IMG/VR virus record: IMGVR_UViG_3300046777_002520
Location: 96,001 to 160,000 of that record
Direction: 5' to 3' (one strand)
DNA: 64,000 nucleotides
DNA from: a virus
Both the position numbers and the translations under genes were made by a program. The notes beneath the pieces are model-generated. The model searched no databases, was not told the origin of the DNA, and saw only the letters and a list, made by a program, of their open reading frames with translations. Below, in pieces: positions 38,085-44,947 of this stretch (within the stretch, counting starts at the first letter, position 1; every line of letters starts with the position of its first letter).

Positions 38085-38327
38085 ATGAAGACTACTCTGG
38101 CCTGTGGTTCTAGGTTAGTTATTGGCACCGTTGTCAACGACTATGTCGTTGACATGCGACGGAGGCGTCGTGAGGCTCAAGAAGCCATTCTGTGGCACCT
38201 GGCCCAGAAGGGGTTACTTGAAATCGACGAGGTAATCAACCTCGTCGAGTCCAGCCGCAAGGCTGGACCGTTCACTGGCTCTGCCATGAGGCAGGAAGCC
38301 ATCGACCGCTACAAGGCGGTCGCATAA
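38085..38327 (+). CDS. Accessory hypothetical protein (80 aa), cassette 1
   Basis: GAAGGAG SD before ATG 38085. Confidence 0.7.
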   Translation: MKTTLACGSRLVIGTVVNDYVVDMRRRRREAQEAILWHLAQKGLLEIDEVINLVESSRKAGPFTGSAMRQEAIDRYKAVA

Positions 38328-38333
38328 CTTCAT

Positions 38334-38378
38334 AGCCCCTTAAAGCGGGGGCTTTATAAATACGCTTTTTTTAGCTAT
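38334..38378 (+). terminator. Cassette 1 terminator with T7-AGCTAT motif
   Basis: AGCCCC/GGGGCT hairpin, then ATACGC-T7-AGCTAT. Confidence 0.6.
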
Positions 38379-38384
38379 TGGCTG

Positions 38385-38420
38385 ATTTAATCCAAGCAAC
38401 TTACAAGTCATAATCAGATG
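38385..38420 (+). promoter_or_regulatory. Cassette promoter copy 2
   Basis: ATTTAATC-N16-CATAATCAGATG; also a perfect TATAAT at 38427-38432. Confidence 0.65.
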
Positions 38421-38424
38421 CAAA

Positions 38425-38551
38425 TCTATAATGAACTCAGTCCAGTCACCGCTGGACCACTAGAACAAACAAGCGGTGTTTGACTCCTTGGATTCCACGC
38501 TGAATCGCGTGAAGGAGCACAGGTCCGAACCTGTGATCTAGACTTTTTTTT
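38425..38551 (+). ncRNA. Putative structured small RNA (about 130 nt), cassette 2
   Basis: Promoter and terminator present, but no ORF over 21 codons and no SD-led ORF; three hairpins and a possible pseudoknot. Confidence 0.5.
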
Positions 38552-38565
38552 AGCTGTCAGACGCT

Positions 38566-38601
38566 GCTTAATTCAGAGAAAAAACCAGTCATATTCAGAT
38601 G
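38566..38601 (+). promoter_or_regulatory. Cassette promoter copy 3
   Basis: GCTTAATT-N16-CATATTCAGATG. Confidence 0.65.
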
Positions 38602-38624
38602 ATATAGACATACCTATTTTAGGT

Positions 38625-39089
38625 GTGTCGAGGCCCCGTCGCCTATTTCAAGACGGAGAGGGTTATTTCATGAACACTGGTAAAATGGCTGTGCTGTACG
38701 TTATCCTGGCTTTTGTGTTCTGCTCAGGCATATACCTGCATGTCAGCAAGCCCCAGGAGAAAGCAGAAATCCAGAGGTGGACTCTGGTGACAGACAAGAC
38801 CACACACAAAGGGCAGGCCTTGACTGACCTTGACCTGATGTGGGTGATCTCCCCCAAAGGGGAGTGGTTTGTAGTTCCTGAGGCTCAGAAAACTCGCTTC
38901 AAAGCGAGCAAGAGTGGGGAGCATATCCAGCTTCCAGAATCGGCCCACCTGTGGGACCGAGTCCTGATGGCCCCTGACAAGGCCGATTCGGCAAAGCTGA
39001 GAATGGGTCTGCCTGTGAGCAGGACCAACAGCATCAACACTGACATCGAGTCAGTGCTCATTCCTTCCTACTTTTACAGTAGGTCTTAA
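38625..39089 (+). CDS. Accessory membrane-anchored protein, cassette 3
   Basis: N-terminal TM helix MAVLYVILAFVFCSGIYLHV; the start may be the ATG after GGAGAGGG (MNTGKMAV) rather than GTG 38625. Confidence 0.7.
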   Translation: MSRPRRLFQDGEGYFMNTGKMAVLYVILAFVFCSGIYLHVSKPQEKAEIQRWTLVTDKTTHKGQALTDLDLMWVISPKGEWFVVPEAQKTRFKASKSGEHIQLPESAHLWDRVLMAPDKADSAKLRMGLPVSRTNSINTDIESVLIPSYFYSRS

Positions 39090-39095
39090 CCCACA

Positions 39096-39141
39096 GTCCT
39101 GGCGAGGACGTTAAAGATACGCTTTTTTTTAGCTATCAGAC
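39096..39141 (+). terminator. Cassette 3 terminator with T8-AGCTATCAGAC motif
   Basis: GTCCT-ggcg-AGGAC, then GATACGC-T8-AGCTATCAGAC. Confidence 0.6.
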
Positions 39142-39154
39142 AAATCAGCAGACG

Positions 39155-39163
39155 TGGTATGAT
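39155..39163 (+). promoter_or_regulatory. Extended -10 promoter candidate for the neck/tail operon
   Basis: TGgTATGAT matches TGnTATAAT. Confidence 0.4.
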
Positions 39164-39203
39164 ACATAAAAGTGTATAGCTACTTACGTTAGAGGGACAG
39201 TTC

Positions 39204-40121
39204 ATGGCTGATCCATCCAGCGTCGATTGTGCGGACCAACTCATCATTCGACCCAGAATAACAAGAGTCGAAGGTCAACCTATCCTCGCCAAAGTTCCGT
39301 CCTTGCTGACCAGCCAAGGCGTCACGCCGTTTATCGAGATGGTGCTCAGGGATAGCGAAGGCCGACCTGTCAACCTGACGAGCTGTGGGTTTAACTCCTC
39401 CAACAGTTCGTCCATAGGTTCTGGTGTCAGTGTTGTTGGCAAGCTTAGGGAGGCCATGGGCCTTTCTTCCAACCTGCCTGCCATAACCCTGGATGCAGCC
39501 GTCTGGAATGCCGAGTCTGGAACCATACGTGCGCGCGTGCCTGCCGAGGCCACGGATCTCAACCAGATTCTGCGAGGCCAGTGGGCCGTCGTGGACAGCG
39601 ACAACTCCGTGCTGTTTACCTGCCCGTTCTTCCTGTTTGTGGACCGTGGCGAGTTCGGCTCTGTCTTCAACCCCAAGGGCGTGCCCAGCCCCAGCGACAT
39701 TCGTGTGTTCCTCAGGGACAGCGCTCCAGAGGACAACTACCTGCTGAACGAGCTGGAGTTTGATCTGACAGAAATCGTTGAGTCAGCGATTCGCTGCATC
39801 GATCACTTCAACAGCGCCCAGCCGCCTATTCCCCAGAAGTTTACCACCAGCAGCTTTCCCAACACGGCCATACTGCTGACTGGCATCATGGGGTATCTCT
39901 ATCAGATAGCGGCCAAGCACTATCGACGCAACCACCTGCCTTACAGCGCTGGTGGTATTCAGGTCGATGACAAGAACAAGGCTTCCGAGTACGAGCAGCT
40001 CGGTATGCAGATGGTTGCTGAATATCAGCAGTGGACCAAGAACAAGAAGGCTCAGTTCAACCTGCAGAATTTCAACGGAACACTTGGTTCAGGATACGAA
40101 TACAGCGGCAGATGGAGGTAA
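39204..40121 (+). CDS. Head-tail adaptor (neck) protein
   Basis: C-terminal DIRVFLRD...NYLL...AIRCIDHFN...LPYSAGGIQVDDK pattern; first gene after the head module. Confidence 0.65.
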   Translation: MADPSSVDCADQLIIRPRITRVEGQPILAKVPSLLTSQGVTPFIEMVLRDSEGRPVNLTSCGFNSSNSSSIGSGVSVVGKLREAMGLSSNLPAITLDAAVWNAESGTIRARVPAEATDLNQILRGQWAVVDSDNSVLFTCPFFLFVDRGEFGSVFNPKGVPSPSDIRVFLRDSAPEDNYLLNELEFDLTEIVESAIRCIDHFNSAQPPIPQKFTTSSFPNTAILLTGIMGYLYQIAAKHYRRNHLPYSAGGIQVDDKNKASEYEQLGMQMVAEYQQWTKNKKAQFNLQNFNGTLGSGYEYSGRWR

Positions 40122-40124
40122 GCC

Positions 40125-40943
40125 ATGACTGACCGCTCCAGAATAGCCAGCCCTTTTGAACGAGTCCGCATTCGCTATTCCGTGGACGGTTCCACTCGCG
40201 TGGAGTGGGACCTGTCCAGGCTTTTCACGGACCCTCAGCCCCACACGTTCACGCTGCAGGGTACTCACTCCTCCACGGACAACACAACCTTCGCCAACAT
40301 CGGCCTGCCTGCCCAGAATACCCAGGCTCTTGTGGACGATGAAAAGAGAGTGTTTGCCCAGACCCAGGACTTCTACTACAGGGTCAAGCTGGTCACACCA
40401 GTACGGACTTACTACTCCGAGATTGTCTCTGCCTTCAAGAACCTGAATTTCAGGGACTGGCGACTGGCCAGGGACGTGCTGCGCAAGGAGCAGCTCAGGC
40501 ACAGCAAGTACACTTCGTTGCAGGGATTTCTCCTAAAAAGGAAACGTTACGGGTCGCGATGTACTGCCTGCACGGACTACCTGACGGATGAAGTGACCAA
40601 CAGCTCATGCGCTGTATGCAACGGTACAGGCATCGTTGATGGCTATTTTGCAGCTGTTCCGTCGTTTCTTGAGCTGCCTCCCACATCTACACGTGAGGAG
40701 ATGGACAACGCTCAGGCAGTAGGCACAAAGAAAGACGTCATATACCAAAACTGCAGAATGCTTGGAGAGCCGATACCTGACAGTTATGATGTCTTTGTAG
40801 ACAGTGGCAGCGACAGAAGATTTATAATCCACGAGATAACTTCTTCAGCTATCATGCGTGGATACCCTGTGGCTTTTAACGTGAATGTCAGGCAGGCTAA
40901 TTTTTCAGATATTGTTTACTCCATACCAATGGAGGGGACATGA
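40125..40943 (+). CDS. Head closure / neck protein with Zn finger
   Basis: RCTAC...CAVCNGTG motif typical of myovirus neck proteins. Confidence 0.65.
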   Translation: MTDRSRIASPFERVRIRYSVDGSTRVEWDLSRLFTDPQPHTFTLQGTHSSTDNTTFANIGLPAQNTQALVDDEKRVFAQTQDFYYRVKLVTPVRTYYSEIVSAFKNLNFRDWRLARDVLRKEQLRHSKYTSLQGFLLKRKRYGSRCTACTDYLTDEVTNSSCAVCNGTGIVDGYFAAVPSFLELPPTSTREEMDNAQAVGTKKDVIYQNCRMLGEPIPDSYDVFVDSGSDRRFIIHEITSSAIMRGYPVAFNVNVRQANFSDIVYSIPMEGT

Positions 40944-41101
40944 TGGAAAAGCCAGACAAGCAGACCGAGAAGAAAACAAGCCTGCTGCCCAAAGTAAAGA
41001 TCATGGACTGGAAACCTGACGAAAGTCTTAACGCCAAGATAAACGAGTCATGGGGTCTGGAGGGCAGAGATGAGCGATCCTCAGCCGATAGACCCAAGTA
41101 A
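40940..41101 (+). CDS. Small hypothetical protein (53 aa)
   Basis: GGAGGG SD, ATGA overlap with the upstream stop; MMEKPDKQTEKK... Confidence 0.4.
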   Translation: MMEKPDKQTEKKTSLLPKVKIMDWKPDESLNAKINESWGLEGRDERSSADRPK

Positions 41102-41696
41102 ACCGAGCAACTGGTGCAGCATAGCGCCCAGACCCCATCTGATGACTGGGTTCTTCAGGGAGTGGTTTATCAACCACTTTGCCAACCCTGACAACATTGA
41201 AGCCAAAGAGCTTAGAGGAAAGCTGTGGAAGGCAGTACCTTCTACAGATATAGTCGTTGAATCTATCACTCAATGGCGTCCAGACTTGACGCAAAAAAGA
41301 CCCGCAATCATAATTAAACGTAATGACTGGCAAGTTAATCGCGTAAGTATACGTGACGAGCTGCACGGCACAATAAACTGGGATGGCTCAAAAGACTATG
41401 CGGTAATGGTATCTGGAAGCCATACACTTTTTTGCCTTGCTGGAAAAGGCGCAGAAGCCGAGATATTAGCTGGTGAAGTATACAGAGACTTGATGCAGTT
41501 CGCACCAGTCATCAGAGACGAACTAGCTTTAATCAAGTTTGTAGTGGTTTCTGTAGGCAGTCTTTTTGAGCTTGAAGAAGCCAGAGAGATTTACGGAGTA
41601 CCTGTCACAGTGTCCTATGTTGCAGGTGAATCTTGGAAGATTATACCGCAAGCGCCGGTTTTAAAAAGTATTGTGTTATCTAAGTTCATTCCTTAA
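41070..41696 (+). CDS. Tail terminator/completion protein
   Basis: RPAIIIKR motif; size and position immediately before the sheath. Confidence 0.6.
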   Translation: MSDPQPIDPSKPSNWCSIAPRPHLMTGFFREWFINHFANPDNIEAKELRGKLWKAVPSTDIVVESITQWRPDLTQKRPAIIIKRNDWQVNRVSIRDELHGTINWDGSKDYAVMVSGSHTLFCLAGKGAEAEILAGEVYRDLMQFAPVIRDELALIKFVVVSVGSLFELEEAREIYGVPVTVSYVAGESWKIIPQAPVLKSIVLSKFIP

Positions 41697-41742
41697 ACTA
41701 AGAGTTAGATAGCGTGTCTAATCAGACACAACGGAGGAGATC

Positions 41743-44433
41743 ATGGCTTACGTTCTTCCACAGGTTACAGTATTCCAAGAGTTCAACATTGTTCCTGCCA
41801 ATGCAGCAGCTCCAAGAGCTGTTCACATTACTGGCGGGCACGCTAAGCTTTTCCGTTACAGCAACGCTGACGAAAAAGCCATCATCAACCTTGGTGAATA
41901 CGACAGCGTAGCCGACCAGGCTTACCTGTGGCCCGAGCGACCTGCTGGCGGCGTGGTGGATCACACCTTCACCAAGCTGTACGTTGAAGACGCTCTTCTT
42001 GAGTACTACGTCAACAACGCCAGCTCTGGCAATGCCGTGGCTCCTGTCTCTGGCTACAAGAACCGCGTTCGCGATTCTGGCACCAGCTTCAAGACCAACA
42101 CCGCCAGCTATCCCCGTTCAGCCGCCCTGTACGACCGTGACGCCAAGGTTGGCGACTACGTCTACATTCGTGGCGTCTCTAGCGGCACCGAGTACACGCT
42201 CAACACCACGATCCGTGGTTTCGTGGGTGACGCTGTGGCCGCTGTGACTGGCGCTGCCTCCTCCGCTGGCAGCAACAAGGCCAGCCAGAGCCTGTCCACC
42301 AACATCGACATCCTCGGCCTGAAGAACTCGATCACCCTGACCGCCGACGCTTCCGGTTACAACGGCCTGGAAGACGGCGACATCGACGAGTCCTACACCG
42401 TCGAGGTGACCCAGAGCTCCATCGGCGGCGACCTGACCACAGCTCGCCTGCGCGTGACCAGCTCCAGCGGCAACGACAACCAGTTCGACGTGAACTCCAC
42501 CGCGTCGGCCAGCTCTCATGCCGACGGCGAAGACATCAGCCCGAACGACCTGGTGGTCGGTCAGAAGTGGCGCGTCCGCGTGAAGCAGGCCTTCACTCCC
42601 CCGTCGGCAACCTCGGGCGGCACCTACACCGGCCTGCGCGACACCACCTACATCGTCCAAGTGACCAAGGGCGGCACCTACGCTTCCAGCCCCGAAATCA
42701 CCGTCAGCACCACCACCGGCTACGACGTCGGCTCCCCTGTCGTCGTGTCGGCATCCGCCACGGCTGTCGCCGTCGGTAACTACGGTGTCACCGTCAGCTT
42801 CAACCAGACTGCCCTCTGCAAGGGCGACAAGTACTACATTGTCGTCACCGCCGCAGGTCAGGGTGCCATGAAGACCCTGATTCTGGCCGACGACCTGCCC
42901 GAAGAGCTGGAGTCCGCAGTTGACCTCGACCTGAAGCTGTACATCAAGAAGAACATCCTTGTCGAGAAGAACCTCGAAGCCGACGCCCCCAACGTCGCTT
43001 ACACGGTCAGCGACACGGAGATCACCGTCCAGTCTGGCATCATGCTGCACGACAGCACCTGGACCGACGCTGGCGCTCTGCAGCCCTTGCCGCTGAAGGG
43101 CGGCACCCTGTTCGTTGAGTACAGAGCCTGGCTTCCCGACTACGTCGCCACCGTCGAGAGCATCACCGATCCCGCCGAGATCTCCTCGCTGCTCGGTCAG
43201 CTCAGCCCCGACAACCCGCTCTGCTGGGGCGTCTACCTGGCCCTGCAGAACGCCAACGGCCAGCCTGTGTTCTTCACATCGGTCACCGACCCTGACAACG
43301 TGGACGACTGGACCATCGCCCTCGAAGGTCTGGACGGGCAGGACCAGATCTACAACCTGGTGCCGCTGACGACCAACGAGACCGTGCTCGGCCTGTGGAA
43401 AGCCCACGTCGAGTCGCAGTCCGGTCCTGAAGTAGGCAACTGGCGCGCCGCCGTCTTCAGCATCGCCGTCACAGGCGTCAAGAAGATCCTCAGCGACGCC
43501 AACAGCGTGGACGGCAATGTCATCCTCGCCAAGCTGGCCGACGACAACACCACCTCGGGCACGCAGTACACCCTGCTGTCGGTTCCCGCCAACAACGCCA
43601 AGTTCCTCACGAAGGGCGTCAAGGCTGGCGACACCGTCCGCTACCTGTACAGCACCGACGCCTTCGGTCAGGAAACCTACAGCGAGTTCGTCGTTGACGA
43701 GGTCCTGTCCGAGTCCAGCATCCGTCTGGTGACTGGCAACGGCAGCCCCATCACCGTCGGTCAGAAGGTCGAAATCTGGCGCACCCTGGATCGCGCCGGT
43801 CGCGCAGCTGAGGCCATCGAGCAGATCGGTGCCCACAGCAGCCGCCGCGTGGTTGTCATCGCCAACCCGACCGTGGGCCTGGAAGGCGCTACCTTCCCAG
43901 GCTACTTCGCAGCCTGCGCCGTGGCTGGTCTTCGCTCGGGCGTCCTGCCCCAGCAGGGCCTGACCAGGGTCACCATCTCCGGTATCGATGACGTTGGCGA
44001 GCTTGTCACCGAGTTGAACGGCAGCCAGCTCAACCTGATTGCCGGTGCCGGTGGTTGGATTCTCGCCAAGGACGCTACTGGCTCGATCTTCAACCGTCAC
44101 GCCATCACCACCGACACGACTGACACCAACACTCGTGAAGAGGTGATTCGCGTCAACGTTGACTCGATCTCCTACCAGTACAAGGCAGCCTTCGAGCCTT
44201 ATATCGGTAGAGTCAACATCACACCTGGCACTCTCGACCTGCTTCGACAGCGCTTTGAAATGATGACCGAAGAGCTGCGCGTCAACGGTACTCCCAACAC
44301 AGGCGGTCAGCTTATCTCTGCTGAGATTGCTGACATCCGCCAGCACGCAGTGTTCAAGGACAAGGTTGTGATTCAGGCCAACCTGAACATTCCTTACCCG
44401 ATGAACAACATCGAACTGAAGCTGGTTGTCTGA
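41743..44433 (+). CDS. Contractile tail sheath protein
   Basis: MAYVLPQVTVFQE start, GQLSPDNPL, AACAVAGLRSG..PQQGLT, IFNRHAITT, REEVIRVNVDSI, PYPMNNIELKL; strong codon bias. Confidence 0.9.
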   Translation: MAYVLPQVTVFQEFNIVPANAAAPRAVHITGGHAKLFRYSNADEKAIINLGEYDSVADQAYLWPERPAGGVVDHTFTKLYVEDALLEYYVNNASSGNAVAPVSGYKNRVRDSGTSFKTNTASYPRSAALYDRDAKVGDYVYIRGVSSGTEYTLNTTIRGFVGDAVAAVTGAASSAGSNKASQSLSTNIDILGLKNSITLTADASGYNGLEDGDIDESYTVEVTQSSIGGDLTTARLRVTSSSGNDNQFDVNSTASASSHADGEDISPNDLVVGQKWRVRVKQAFTPPSATSGGTYTGLRDTTYIVQVTKGGTYASSPEITVSTTTGYDVGSPVVVSASATAVAVGNYGVTVSFNQTALCKGDKYYIVVTAAGQGAMKTLILADDLPEELESAVDLDLKLYIKKNILVEKNLEADAPNVAYTVSDTEITVQSGIMLHDSTWTDAGALQPLPLKGGTLFVEYRAWLPDYVATVESITDPAEISSLLGQLSPDNPLCWGVYLALQNANGQPVFFTSVTDPDNVDDWTIALEGLDGQDQIYNLVPLTTNETVLGLWKAHVESQSGPEVGNWRAAVFSIAVTGVKKILSDANSVDGNVILAKLADDNTTSGTQYTLLSVPANNAKFLTKGVKAGDTVRYLYSTDAFGQETYSEFVVDEVLSESSIRLVTGNGSPITVGQKVEIWRTLDRAGRAAEAIEQIGAHSSRRVVVIANPTVGLEGATFPGYFAACAVAGLRSGVLPQQGLTRVTISGIDDVGELVTELNGSQLNLIAGAGGWILAKDATGSIFNRHAITTDTTDTNTREEVIRVNVDSISYQYKAAFEPYIGRVNITPGTLDLLRQRFEMMTEELRVNGTPNTGGQLISAEIADIRQHAVFKDKVVIQANLNIPYPMNNIELKLVV

Positions 44434-44457
44434 TCTACCTTAAGGAGGTAACTTTCG

Positions 44458-44916
44458 ATGGCAGACGTATTTGGAAGAAACGACGGCGGCACAGCCGGTG
44501 TATTCCTGAGCGAAGGCGGTAGCACCAGCGTTAACGGCGAGGGTGCTAACCTCCTGTTGCAGAATGTCCAGGTGACCTACCAGCGCCCTATCAACTTCAT
44601 CTTCGGCCTTGGTGACACCAAGCGCTACATGGTGGTTGGTCGTGCGCAGGGCAGCTTCAGCATCGGCCGCATCGTCGGCCCTGCTCCAGCCAACGCTAAC
44701 TTCTTGAAGGGTATGGCCGATCCTTGCGCCAATCCTAGAGGTGCCAGCGTCACCCTGAAGCTGGGCGGCGGTTGCCCCATCGGCCAGGGTGCCAACAATG
44801 TTACCCTGAGTCTTGGCGGTGCCTTCCTTACCAGCGTGGGCTACTCCATCCAGGCTCAGGACGTTATGATTAACGAAAACCTGCAGGGCATCTGCTCGAC
44901 TGTAAGCGTCGCCTAA
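44458..44916 (+). CDS. Tail tube protein
   Basis: TAAGGAGGT SD; LLQNVQVTYQRPINFIFGLG...GRAQGSFSIGRIVG; follows the sheath. Confidence 0.8.
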   Translation: MADVFGRNDGGTAGVFLSEGGSTSVNGEGANLLLQNVQVTYQRPINFIFGLGDTKRYMVVGRAQGSFSIGRIVGPAPANANFLKGMADPCANPRGASVTLKLGGGCPIGQGANNVTLSLGGAFLTSVGYSIQAQDVMINENLQGICSTVSVA

Positions 44917-44947
44917 TGCAGTCTTATCGTTAAGAAAGACGGTTGCT

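Noticed and set aside
38425-38551. tRNA or tmRNA
   Set aside because: No acceptor stem with CCA, no TTCRA T-loop and no tmRNA-like ends were seen.
37939-39141. Repeats as a CRISPR array or integron attC sites
   Set aside because: Spacing is irregular (about 180-570 bp), there are two different motif types, and no cas gene or integrase is present. A promoter/terminator reading fits better.
42118-44346. 742-aa antisense ORF, and similar long antisense or alternate-frame ORFs (e.g. 25479-26747, 12509-13603, 58483-59694, 62657-63820, 3430-4341)
   Set aside because: These are shadows of strongly GC3-biased real genes. They have no SD or motifs and fully overlap well-supported CDSs.
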